In this document: piece by piece, positions 36,563 to 45,834 of the stretch
Numbering within the stretch: the stretch's first letter is position 1
How the letters are laid out: each line of letters starts with the position of its first letter
Source of the DNA: Pantanalinema sp. GBBB05
GTDB lineage: Bacteria; Cyanobacteriota; Cyanobacteriia; Leptolyngbyales; Leptolyngbyaceae
Direction of reading: 5' to 3'
NCBI RefSeq assembly: GCF_016743235.1
Contig: NZ_VRZD01000005.1
Span: forward strand, 175,622-239,621
Length of the DNA stretch: 64,000 nt
Notes under the pieces: generated by a model
What the model saw: only the letters and a program-made list of their open reading frames with translations
Databases searched by the model: none
What the model was told of the DNA's origin: nothing
Position numbers and translations under genes: made by a program

Positions 36563-39106
36563 CTAAAACTGTAATGAGAATGAACCAATTACAGTCAGTG
36601 GTTCTCCTGGTTGGATGCCACTATCACTCCCAGTCACCGATCGGATGTAATTCGTGTTGCCAATATTACGGATGTTGACTGCAAAGCGGTAGTTATCGCG
36701 GCGATAAAAGATCGCGGCATTACCAATCAAATAATCACCGACCTGAAAGCTATTTGCCAAATCCCCATAGCGATTGCTCACATACTCAAATCCAGCTCCA
36801 AACCCTAACCCCTTTAAGCTACCCTGCTGAATTTCATAGGTTGTCCACAAACTGGCTTTATGTTTTGGAATCCCGAAAAACTCATTATCAATGACAGTTT
36901 CATCTGTATCCTCTGTAACGTTGGCATCAATGTAAGCATACGAGGTAATGATTTTCCAACCGGGTAATATTTCCCCAGCAATATCTAGTTCAATGCCCTG
37001 ACTCTTTTGCTCGCCCACCGCGATCGAAAAAAGCGGATTATCTGGATCAGTCGCCCCAACATTTTTCTTAGTAATGTTAAAGTACGTCAAGGTTGCCAAC
37101 AGTCGTTGGTCAAATAGTTCGGTTTTAACTCCCACCTCAAATCCTTCGCCCTCTTCTGGTTCAAGCACAGAACCACTGGCAGTGAGAGCCGTACTGGGCT
37201 TAAAGGATTGGGAGTAGTTGGCAAACAAAGTTAACTCGGGGATCGGACGATACAGCAAGCCAACACGTGGAGTTAGAGCATCATTGGTTTGTTCAGATTC
37301 ACTTTCATCCGTGAACGCCGTTGCAATATTCGTCACTTTTTGTGTCACTGTGTCGTAGCGCAATCCGGCAACCAGAATCAAATTATCGAGGAGGTAAATC
37401 TGATCTTGGAGGTAGATGCCAAGACGATTCGCTGTAGTGCGGTTGTCACCGAAGGGGGGTAAATCCGCCCGATCGGGTTTGGGAATCAGATCGTAATTTG
37501 GATTAAAGATATTCAGCGGAGTCGGATTGCCAAAGAAAGTTGTAATCCTGGAGTCACTATGGTTCAGATCAATCCCGGCTGTGAGGGTATGTCTGACTGA
37601 TCCAGTAGAGAATTTGCCAACAACATTCGTAAAGAGTGAATAAGAACGATCGGTTCCATCCTGATCCGCATAAAAGCGAATAATGTTATCACCAATAACG
37701 CGAAATGGCAGAGCGATAACGTTGTAATTGTAGTCATAGCTGATATAACGGAAGCTGTTACGAATTTTCCAGTCATCACTAAATCGATGTTCAAAGTTAT
37801 AGCCTGTACTCAAATAGTTCGTTGTCACTGAGTCATCAGGATGATTGGCAACAAACTCTCGTGACACAGGCGCTACACCATCTCCATAGCGAGTCAGCCC
37901 AAAATCCGCAGCACTTTGCTGGCGAATATATTCTAGATTGAAGGTAATATCGGTGCGATCGCCGATTTTCCAAGTTAGCGCTGGAGCCAGTAAGAGGCGA
38001 TTTGTGTCAGAATCAAAATCCCGAAAGGGTTTTTCATGCTGGAATAGTAAGTTTAAGCGATAGAGTAGATCGCCATTGTCCGTTAAAGGACCGGTCACAT
38101 CCAACCGAGGTCGGAGCAACTCCCGATTACCAAGCTGGAATTCTGCTTCCCGAAACGGTTCAGCCAATGGTTGCTTAGAGACTAGATTAATCACACCCCC
38201 TGGCTCAATTTGCCCATACAAAATTGAAGCGGGTCCCTTCAACACCTCAATCTGTTGCAGATTAGCAAGTTCGGGGATCCCCTGAAAGTTGCCATAGAGC
38301 CGATAGCCATCTCTTAGCACGGGTGCACCACTACTCACTTGGTTGCCAAACCCTCGGATACTAAAGGCAGCTTCACGTCCTCCATTCGTTCCTGTCGAAG
38401 ACACACCACTAATATTGGTCAGGGCATCTTCCAGCCGAATTGCCTGCTGATCTCGCAGAACTTCCTGGGGGACAACTTGCACGGAAAAGGGAGTTTCGAG
38501 AATGGGGGTGTCGGTTCCAGTTGCCGTTGAAGCATTGGGAACACGGTATTGACTGGGACGATCGCCCGTGACAATCACTTCCTCTTCCGCTGCTTCTGCA
38601 TCTTCTGGCAGCGTAGCCGTCGGGCTAAGTTGAGATTGCACTACCACCGTTGGAAACTCTGTTTCGCCAGTCACACGAATTTCTAAACGGTTGTTACCAC
38701 TCTGCGTGACAGTAACGGATTGAATCCCTGGAGCAGGAGCAGTTAGCTGAAATTCCTGACGATCGGGCAAGGCTAAGACCGCATTAGCAATTTCAGCAAT
38801 GAATGTCTTGGCTTCACGGCGGGTCGCTTCGGGTTGCAAGATGATATCCTGGTCAGTTTCCAGAATGATTTGAATCCCGCCCTCCGTGGAATTCACACGG
38901 ACACCTGTTACCTGAACGATCGCGGCTGGCTCAGTCTGTGCCAAGAGATCGGCAGCTTGAGTCCGAGGTTGCTCCCGCTCGGTCAACTGAATACCTTGAG
39001 CAGGCTGGTTCGAGAGTCGTTCCTCCTGGGCATCACTGATACCACTGGCACATAAAGCGATCGTTCCTGCTAATCCTACAGCAGTAGCGAGTTGATAACG
39101 TTTCAT
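36563..39106 (-). CDS. TonB-dependent outer-membrane receptor (siderophore-type) with N-terminal extension
   Basis: Signal peptide MKRYQLATAVGLAGTIALCASG; an extra N-terminal beta-rich domain of about 150 aa; plug domain (...VIVTGDR..., ...IEVLKGPASILYGQIEPGGVINLVSK); 22-strand barrel ending in the terminal F (...GSFSLQF). The true start is taken at ATG 39106 rather than the ORF-track start at 39169. Confidence 0.85.
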   Translation of the reverse strand: MKRYQLATAVGLAGTIALCASGISDAQEERLSNQPAQGIQLTEREQPRTQAADLLAQTEPAAIVQVTGVRVNSTEGGIQIILETDQDIILQPEATRREAKTFIAEIANAVLALPDRQEFQLTAPAPGIQSVTVTQSGNNRLEIRVTGETEFPTVVVQSQLSPTATLPEDAEAAEEEVIVTGDRPSQYRVPNASTATGTDTPILETPFSVQVVPQEVLRDQQAIRLEDALTNISGVSSTGTNGGREAAFSIRGFGNQVSSGAPVLRDGYRLYGNFQGIPELANLQQIEVLKGPASILYGQIEPGGVINLVSKQPLAEPFREAEFQLGNRELLRPRLDVTGPLTDNGDLLYRLNLLFQHEKPFRDFDSDTNRLLLAPALTWKIGDRTDITFNLEYIRQQSAADFGLTRYGDGVAPVSREFVANHPDDSVTTNYLSTGYNFEHRFSDDWKIRNSFRYISYDYNYNVIALPFRVIGDNIIRFYADQDGTDRSYSLFTNVVGKFSTGSVRHTLTAGIDLNHSDSRITTFFGNPTPLNIFNPNYDLIPKPDRADLPPFGDNRTTANRLGIYLQDQIYLLDNLILVAGLRYDTVTQKVTNIATAFTDESESEQTNDALTPRVGLLYRPIPELTLFANYSQSFKPSTALTASGSVLEPEEGEGFEVGVKTELFDQRLLATLTYFNITKKNVGATDPDNPLFSIAVGEQKSQGIELDIAGEILPGWKIITSYAYIDANVTEDTDETVIDNEFFGIPKHKASLWTTYEIQQGSLKGLGFGAGFEYVSNRYGDLANSFQVGDYLIGNAAIFYRRDNYRFAVNIRNIGNTNYIRSVTGSDSGIQPGEPLTVIGSFSLQF

Positions 39107-39274
39107 CCCATTCCTCACACAAAATTTAGTCGAATTTGGAAAAGCTTCTATCAGTAATGCAACAAGCACTTCAGTTCAGTCGCAATCTACAGACGTGTTA
39201 TTTCAGCAATACCAACTGAACTTGGCAAAGCTGTTATATCTAATTGCTTTCGACAACTCAAATATTGATCAGTT

Positions 39275-39679
39275 TTACAGTTGTTGTTGAATCCACTGCC
39301 GAGCTGCTGCGCAAGTTATAAACGCCTGACCGGGACAACCAAAAATTGCCGTGATTGTTTTAGCACTACTTCTCTGGCGGTCTGGTGGAATTTCCGGTAG
39401 ATCAATCACTAAGGCTAAACCAACACAGAATTGGCTAATTGCAGCTTTGTGCTGTTTTGCCCACTGCATCGTCAATCGATGGACCGCAGCAATCTGATCA
39501 GGATCGGGTTGACTAGACTCGGGGGCATAAGATTGATGCACAATCACTCCAAACTGATGCTTTTGAGCCAGCCAATGAGCGAACCGAGCTAAATAGGTTT
39601 TGGTATCCGCTAAAGTTGCCACCTGGTCAAATTGAATTGAGACGATCGGATAGGTTTCCTCATGGATCGTAAGCATCAC
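39275..39679 (-). CDS. Hypothetical protein
   Basis: 134-aa ORF between the MFS and receptor genes on the same strand; no motif recognised. Confidence 0.4.
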   Translation of the reverse strand: MMLTIHEETYPIVSIQFDQVATLADTKTYLARFAHWLAQKHQFGVIVHQSYAPESSQPDPDQIAAVHRLTMQWAKQHKAAISQFCVGLALVIDLPEIPPDRQRSSAKTITAIFGCPGQAFITCAAARQWIQQQL

Positions 39680-39687
39680 TCGTCATC

Positions 39688-40947
39688 CTAAAGCAGATTC
39701 ACAGTCGAAGAATTAGACAGATAGGAACTGCCTAAATAGCGGGCAATTAACACAACACAAATGCTCATAATCATGGCACTGAGCACAAAAACACCTCGAT
39801 ACCCTAGACCACTTGCCAAAACTCCACTGATGGCAGCAGCAGGTAAACTTCCCATCGTGTTTAAGGAAGCTTGAATGGCATAGTCAGTAGCCGCAGTCTC
39901 TGGATAACTCTTATCCATCATGATGGTAAATGCTGTAGTCACCACCATCCCCAATGAACACGATGTGACTCCCACAATGCTGTACAACACAGATAATTGG
40001 GTCAATCCCAAGGTCGGTACGGCGTAAGTCAACATGCCGATCGCGGAAAGACTACTGGCAATCAGCAGCGTTCGTTGCCGACCTAAAGGTGGAATGAGCA
40101 AGCCAGCCGCGAGCGAACCAAAAATAGTCGAACAGGTTCCCACAATGCCCAGCAACCAACCCACCTCTGCTAAGGACAGTCCCAAATCAATCAGTAATGG
40201 TCGAAACATGGTGATAGAGAGACTATAACCAAAGTTATATAGCAGCAGAATACATAGCCAAACCTTCATGCCAGGGCGTTGGCAGAAGTGCAGGAAAATT
40301 GTGAAATAGTTACGGAGACGATCGCGGATGTTGGCAGAACGATCGTAGGAGTGGTTAACGACAACTTTGGGTTTTTCTTGATGCAATAGCACCGGTATGA
40401 GTGCTACCAGCATTAATCCAGCTAAGGTGAGTAAACTCCCTCTCCAACCCCAACGACTCAGCAATATCAGCATGCCACCGCCGCCGATCATACTCCCTAA
40501 TGAACCACCGACGCTTTGCACAGCGTTACCCAAGCCCCGTTCCTGAGGTTCCAGTAATCCTAAAGCTAAGGCATCTGTAGCAATATCCTGACTGGCACAG
40601 CCGATCGCGATTATCAGCATGCCCATCAGCACGATCGGCAACTGGGTGCTGACACTCAGCAGACTACACAGGGCAGTGACCATCGCGACTACGGATTGCA
40701 GCAAAATAATCCAAAACCGATAGTGTCCCAGAACGGTGAAGCTATAGCGATCGATCAGAGGTGACCAGAGAAACTTGAGCGTGATTGGCAGAACAACCAG
40801 CGGCAATAGCCCAATCGCCGTCAATGACAAGCCTTCTTGACGTAAGACCACCGGCAAAGCCTGATACAAAAATAGAAACGGCATAGATTGTGAGAGGTAC
40901 AAACTGCCGAGTAATCCCAACTTGTTGAAACGCCGAGCCTGAATCAC
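39688..40947 (-). CDS. MFS transporter
   Basis: About 12 TM helices, MFS-type loop motifs (GLLIPPLGRQRTLL; ...DRYSFTVLGHYRFW...). Confidence 0.75.
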   Translation of the reverse strand: MIQARRFNKLGLLGSLYLSQSMPFLFLYQALPVVLRQEGLSLTAIGLLPLVVLPITLKFLWSPLIDRYSFTVLGHYRFWIILLQSVVAMVTALCSLLSVSTQLPIVLMGMLIIAIGCASQDIATDALALGLLEPQERGLGNAVQSVGGSLGSMIGGGGMLILLSRWGWRGSLLTLAGLMLVALIPVLLHQEKPKVVVNHSYDRSANIRDRLRNYFTIFLHFCQRPGMKVWLCILLLYNFGYSLSITMFRPLLIDLGLSLAEVGWLLGIVGTCSTIFGSLAAGLLIPPLGRQRTLLIASSLSAIGMLTYAVPTLGLTQLSVLYSIVGVTSCSLGMVVTTAFTIMMDKSYPETAATDYAIQASLNTMGSLPAAAISGVLASGLGYRGVFVLSAMIMSICVVLIARYLGSSYLSNSSTVNLL

Positions 40948-41102
40948 AACGCTAACCTAAATGAATATTGACCCTTACAGGCAACTGGAACCCAATTCTG
41001 TCTTCTTGTCGCCCAATAGCTGCGAATAATTCTTAATTAGATTAGCGTGATGCTGACGTACCTGCACGACAAGCATGTTCTTGAAACGGAATCTTTGGTT
41101 GT

Positions 41103-42215
41103 TCAAACGGAATTTTTCCGCCGTTGCATCAGGTACTCATGCGGTCCCACCCCGAATTGTTTGCGAAATGCGGTATAGAACGAGCTACGGCTGGTATAGC
41201 CCACAGCGGCTGCCACCTGCTTAATTGCCATATCACTCGTTTCTAAGAGTTGCTGCGCCTGTTGCATGCGATCGTGATACAGGCATTCAAATGCTGTCAT
41301 ACCAAATACCTGCCGAAAACCACGCTTCAAGGTGCAATCATTGAGTCCAACCTGGCGGGCTAAAGCTATGAGTGAGGGCGGCTGCTTTAGTTGCTGACGC
41401 AGGATTTCTCGGGCTTGATAGATTTTTTTAGTATCCTCTGCTGATAATATTTTGGCTGAAGCTAGTGGCTGGTTCTGAGCGGCAATTTGCTCCAATCGAA
41501 GAGTAATTAGCTCTAAAGCCTTGCTTTCTAGATACAGTTGCCGAGATATACCTTGATAAGGACAATCGAGCAGTTGATTGAGAATGTTCTGCATGGCAAC
41601 AGTACTTCTGCCGCTGAGAACTGGCTCAAATTCCAGCCAAAGTTCAGCCTCGCCATCTGCTTCAGGCATTGGCTCCGAGCTAGATAACCTAGACAGCTCT
41701 GAATCATGTAGCATTGGCAGAGTCGCTCCTTGTCGATGCAGCAGAGAATTGTCCAAACCACTGCACTCAAGCGGCTCAAAATAACGTTTTGCCAGTTGCC
41801 GCAGGTTGGGGGAAAGCTGTTCCAATAATCCAGAGAAGTAAGATTCTAGCCGGGGAGTCGTCACAAACACTTCGACCCACAGGTGGCGCTGTCCAGACGG
41901 CAACTGGAGCCGTTTGCGATCGCCCAAATGCAGCATAGTTAAATTGCTGCCAGAATTATTTCCAACCAAGCAAAATTCAAACTCCAGAGAAGGACGAAAT
42001 AAAGCCACGTTTTGCTCGATTGCTTGGGTCAGTTCACAATCGACAATCACCAGTGATAAGCCACGGCTTAATTCAATTTCTCGTACAAACCCCTGCCCCA
42101 TAGCCACTGGAATCTGCCAAATTCGATCGCTAAGATCGGCGTGGAATAGCGGCAAGCCTACAGAAGTACTGGGCGTAAATAATTCATTCATCTGATGCAG
42201 AAACAGCGCTGTCAT
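41103..42215 (-). CDS. AraC-family transcriptional regulator with N-terminal effector domain (YbtA/PchR-like architecture)
   Basis: C-terminal dual HTH (...LIALARQVGLNDCTLKRGFRQVFGMTAFECL...VAAAVGYTSRSSFYTAFRKQFGVGPHEYL). It is divergently transcribed from the biosynthetic genes. Confidence 0.8.
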   Translation of the reverse strand: MTALFLHQMNELFTPSTSVGLPLFHADLSDRIWQIPVAMGQGFVREIELSRGLSLVIVDCELTQAIEQNVALFRPSLEFEFCLVGNNSGSNLTMLHLGDRKRLQLPSGQRHLWVEVFVTTPRLESYFSGLLEQLSPNLRQLAKRYFEPLECSGLDNSLLHRQGATLPMLHDSELSRLSSSEPMPEADGEAELWLEFEPVLSGRSTVAMQNILNQLLDCPYQGISRQLYLESKALELITLRLEQIAAQNQPLASAKILSAEDTKKIYQAREILRQQLKQPPSLIALARQVGLNDCTLKRGFRQVFGMTAFECLYHDRMQQAQQLLETSDMAIKQVAAAVGYTSRSSFYTAFRKQFGVGPHEYLMQRRKNSV

Positions 42216-42276
42216 AGCCGAAATTTATCGCTGGCTCGCTTGCCAAAATTGAAGTTAATGTCATAAGCTCTTTGTA

Positions 42277-42303
42277 GATTATCAGAAATTATTCTCAATA
42301 AAT
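42277..42303. promoter_or_regulatory. Candidate Fur-box-like AT-rich hexamer array in the divergent AraC / ACP promoter region
   Basis: GATTATCAGAAATTATTCTCAATAAAT contains GATTAT / ATTATC-like hexamers reminiscent of (GATAAT)n Fur sites. The match to consensus is weak. Confidence 0.2.
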
Positions 42304-42450
42304 AGAGCGATTGAGGTTAGCAACGCGATCGCCATGCTGCTAGACCTGGGACAGTTGCCGTCGATCGCGCTATAGAAGCACCCGCGATCGGCCATGCTGC
42401 CGTCCATAGAGTGATGAGTTTTGGTGCTGAAGATTTGCCTAAGTGACTAG

Positions 42451-42720
42451 ATGGGAGGAAATGAAGTGAATCGTTTAACCACGATGGAGACGCTGACAGC
42501 GATTCTGATTGATTTAGGGATTCCAGCCACAGCCCTCCAGGAAGACACCTTACTGCATGGACATTTAGGTTTGGATTCTGTGGAAACTGTCAAGCTGGCT
42601 CTGGAACTAAAACGGAGGCTAGACATCGACATGCCCTTGGGCACTCGTAATGACATGTCATTAGCCGAGATTTGTCAACGGGTAGAAGTAGCTCTATCCA
42701 CTCAATCCTCCGGCTGTTGA
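42451..42720 (+). CDS. Stand-alone acyl/aryl carrier protein
   Basis: About 85-aa acidic protein with the phosphopantetheine-attachment motif GLDSVETVKLALEL. Confidence 0.7.
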   Translation: MGGNEVNRLTTMETLTAILIDLGIPATALQEDTLLHGHLGLDSVETVKLALELKRRLDIDMPLGTRNDMSLAEICQRVEVALSTQSSGC

Positions 42721-42734
42721 AGGGAATTTAGAGA

Positions 42735-44318
42735 TTGCCAAAGGAAATTAGCATGGACAGTATTTCTGCACAGTTGCCAGATCACTTTAACGTGGCAGCT
42801 TATTTTCTCGAAAGGAACCTGGCACCGCAACGGGGCGATCGCATTGCCTACTATTATCGAGATCAGTCCTATACCTACACGCAAGTCTCTAGTTGGGTCA
42901 AGCGCACGGCTCACCTACTCGCTGAGTTGGGATTAGAGCGAGAAAATCGTCTGGCGATTCTGTTACCCGATACCCCCGAGTTTGTCTTTACTTTCTGGGG
43001 AGCGATCTGGTCAGGCAATATACCCGTTCCGATTAATACAACTTGCTCTCTGGAAGATATTCAGTATATTTTGCAAGACTGTCGCGCTAAAGTTTTGGTG
43101 ACGACTCAGGCATGGCTAGAGACCTTGTCGCCCATCCAATCCCCGTTTCTCCAGGAAACTCTTTTAATCGACGGGGAACAACCCCTAATCCCATTGTTAG
43201 CCCAACAGCAGGAGCGAGTGGCTTGGGCAGAAACGCATCCAGAAGAACCAGCTTTTTGGCTATATACCTCTGGCAGTACCGGACGACCGAAAGGAGCAAT
43301 TCACCTGCATCAAAGTATGGTGGTCTGTGCAGAACAGTATGGGAAAGCCGTGCTCAACTTACAGGCGGATGACATCCTTTATTCTGTAGCTAAAATGCCT
43401 TTTGCCTACGGGTTAGGCAACACGTTGTATTTTCCCATGGCAGTAGGTGCTGCTGCTGTTCTCTCTGATGCCGCCAATGTATTTGACATCATTGCGGATA
43501 TACAAACCTATCAACCTACAGTCTTCTTTGGCATTCCAGGAATCTATGCTGGCATGCTCTCGGTACAGGAGATTGCCCCACTCAATCCTACTACTTTGCG
43601 GTTATGTGTATCCGCTGCCGAACAACTGCCGAAAACAATTTGGCAGAAGTGGCAACAACAATATGGCATCGAAATTTGTGAGGGTATTGGCACAACTGAA
43701 TTACTGCACATTTTTCTATCAAATCGTCCAGGAGAATGTTGCCCAGGCAGTTCTGGTCGTCCCGTTCCTGGGTATGACGTTGCGGTACTCGATGCTGAGG
43801 GAAACCCCGTTCCGCCCGGTGAAATAGGTGTGCTAGAAGTGCGAGGGGAAAGTTTGATGCTAGGGTACTGGAACCGGTTGTCAGCCACCCGTCAAGCGTT
43901 GTGTGGCACAGCAATGCGGACTGGAGACAAGTATGTCAAAGATCCGGATGGCTATTTTTGGTTCATGGGACGCAATGACGACTGCTTTAAGGTAAATGGG
44001 ATGTGGGTGTCTCCATTTGAAGTAGAGGATGTTTTGCTGCAACATGAAAGCATTCTTGATGTAGCAGTTCTTCCAAGCACGGACAGTGGGGAAACCCTGA
44101 CACAAATAGTGGCTTATATCAGCCTTAAACTAGAATTTGTGCCCTCTACAGATTTAGAGCAACAAATTCGTCAACTCGCAAAGTTACAGTTACCGCACTT
44201 TAAAGCACCAAGTCGCATTCATTTTCTTCCCGCCCTACCACGTACCTCGACGGGCAAAATTCATCGTCAAGCATTACTGCACCAACGGGATCGTGATCCC
44301 GCCAGTGTTGAAATTTGA
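42735..44318 (+). CDS. Aryl-acid--CoA/ACP ligase of the benzoate-CoA ligase family (ANL superfamily)
   Basis: AMP-binding motif LYTSGSTGRPKG, the BCL-family hallmark AKMPFAYGLGN, and the C-terminal lysine region PRTSTGKIHR. Confidence 0.8.
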   Translation: MPKEISMDSISAQLPDHFNVAAYFLERNLAPQRGDRIAYYYRDQSYTYTQVSSWVKRTAHLLAELGLERENRLAILLPDTPEFVFTFWGAIWSGNIPVPINTTCSLEDIQYILQDCRAKVLVTTQAWLETLSPIQSPFLQETLLIDGEQPLIPLLAQQQERVAWAETHPEEPAFWLYTSGSTGRPKGAIHLHQSMVVCAEQYGKAVLNLQADDILYSVAKMPFAYGLGNTLYFPMAVGAAAVLSDAANVFDIIADIQTYQPTVFFGIPGIYAGMLSVQEIAPLNPTTLRLCVSAAEQLPKTIWQKWQQQYGIEICEGIGTTELLHIFLSNRPGECCPGSSGRPVPGYDVAVLDAEGNPVPPGEIGVLEVRGESLMLGYWNRLSATRQALCGTAMRTGDKYVKDPDGYFWFMGRNDDCFKVNGMWVSPFEVEDVLLQHESILDVAVLPSTDSGETLTQIVAYISLKLEFVPSTDLEQQIRQLAKLQLPHFKAPSRIHFLPALPRTSTGKIHRQALLHQRDRDPASVEI

Positions 44319-45664
44319 GTTTCTTTACGCAGGTATTTCCAATGTATCCAATTGCTACTGCCCCGATCGTTTATCACGAGTTATTCGTTCCAGTTCAGAA
44401 AGACCCGCAGTCCGTTTTACAGAATTTGCTAGAGATGGGATTGTTTTCGAGCTACATCCTGTATCACGGTGAGCAGGAGACCCGGATTGCTGGCAATGCT
44501 CTAGGTCGCATTACGGTGAGTACAGAAGCCATACAGGTTAATTGTCTGGGGGAAAGTCAGACTTACCCGATCGCAGATCCACTGCAACAGGTGGAGTCCG
44601 CCTTAGGATCGCTCCCGATTGAAGACTGGACTGCCTACGGTTACGTCAGCTTTGATCTGGCTCGCTTTTACTATCCCTATACTAAAGCGATGCCACACCC
44701 CCTCCTACATCTGTTTATCCCCGAAACTGAGCTACATATCACAGCGAAAGGAATGCGGATTAGAAGTGTGAAGTCACTACCCAAAATTCTGGAAGCCCTA
44801 TCGATAGAACGCCCCTGCCGCGCCTATACCGCTACCCCACCAGTCGTAGATTTTAGTGATCGTGACAACTATCAAACTCAAGTCAGTCAACTGATTCAGG
44901 CAATTCAAGCGGGACATTTACATAAAGCAATCCTATCTCGTTCCGTCACCCTGCAAGGTGAAATGGATGTGCTAGGAACCTACTGTTTAGGAGCGAGTAG
45001 TAATCCAGCCGTACGATCGTATTGTTTTCAGTTGGATGATTTATCTGCGGTTGGGTTTAGTCCCGAAATTTTAATGACTGTAGATGCCGATCGCGGTGTG
45101 ATTACTAATCCTCTCGCTGGAACTCGTCCACGCTCAGATAACCCTGAGCAAGACCAACAATGGCATCATGAGTTGTTTACGGATGCGAAAGAGGTGAAAG
45201 AACATGCCCTCTCGATTTGGCTCGCTCAAGCAGAGATGTCTTCATTTTGTGTACCTGACACCGTTCGCGTGTTTGATTTTATGCAGGTGAAACCCTACCG
45301 ATGCGTACAGCACTTGTCATCGCGGGTCGGTGGAGAGTTACAAGCTGGAAAAACCCTCTGGGATGCCCTGAAAGTTTTACTACCTGGGATTACAGTATCT
45401 GGAATTGACAAACAGCAAGCATTAGCCTGGATCGATCGCTTAGAAGCTACGCCCAGAGGTATCTATGCCGGGGGCATCGGCTGGATTAATCACCAGGGAA
45501 TTGCCGATTTTGCGATCGCGATTCGTTCTGTCTATCAATATGGTGATGCTATCCATTTCAATGCCGGAGCTGGAATTGTAGCGGAATCCGTACCAGAAAA
45601 CGAGTATCTGGAGTCTGTAAACAAAATGAATACAATGTTGACAAATTTAGTGTTAAAGCCGTAA
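44315..45664 (+). CDS. Chorismate-utilising enzyme (MST family), salicylate-synthase/isochorismate-synthase-like
   Basis: C-terminal chorismate-binding signature (...LAGTRPRS..., ...RGIYAGGIGWINHQGIADFAIAIRS..., ...AGAGIVAESVPENEYLES). At 449 aa its size matches MbtI/Irp9-type salicylate synthases. No amidotransferase partner gene is adjacent. Confidence 0.7.
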   Translation: MSFFTQVFPMYPIATAPIVYHELFVPVQKDPQSVLQNLLEMGLFSSYILYHGEQETRIAGNALGRITVSTEAIQVNCLGESQTYPIADPLQQVESALGSLPIEDWTAYGYVSFDLARFYYPYTKAMPHPLLHLFIPETELHITAKGMRIRSVKSLPKILEALSIERPCRAYTATPPVVDFSDRDNYQTQVSQLIQAIQAGHLHKAILSRSVTLQGEMDVLGTYCLGASSNPAVRSYCFQLDDLSAVGFSPEILMTVDADRGVITNPLAGTRPRSDNPEQDQQWHHELFTDAKEVKEHALSIWLAQAEMSSFCVPDTVRVFDFMQVKPYRCVQHLSSRVGGELQAGKTLWDALKVLLPGITVSGIDKQQALAWIDRLEATPRGIYAGGIGWINHQGIADFAIAIRSVYQYGDAIHFNAGAGIVAESVPENEYLESVNKMNTMLTNLVLKP

Positions 45665-45708
45665 TTCTGAGAGATGTAGTCGTGAATATCAGTCCTTAAT
45701 TGCCTGAT

Positions 45709-45741
45709 ATGCTGTAGAAATGATAGTTATTTCTACAGCAT
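45709..45741. terminator. Bidirectional terminator hairpin between convergent genes (13-bp perfect stem)
   Basis: ATGCTGTAGAAAT-GATAGTT-ATTTCTACAGCAT followed by a T-rich tract; it sits between the + strand gene ending 45664 and the - strand gene ending 45835. Confidence 0.5.
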
Positions 45742-45834
45742 ATTTCTAGTTTGCATCTTGTCTTGAATCCAGTCGCCCCTAGTAGTCCCCTAAACCACTG
45801 ATCTAGGGGACTTTGAACTGTTCAGCCCATTAGA

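Noticed and set aside
44315-45664. Anthranilate synthase component I (TrpE) of primary metabolism
   Set aside because: At 449 aa it is shorter than typical TrpE, no trpG-like amidotransferase is adjacent, and it sits between an aryl ligase and NRPS/PKS genes. A secondary-metabolite salicylate or isochorismate synthase is more consistent, though this is not proven.
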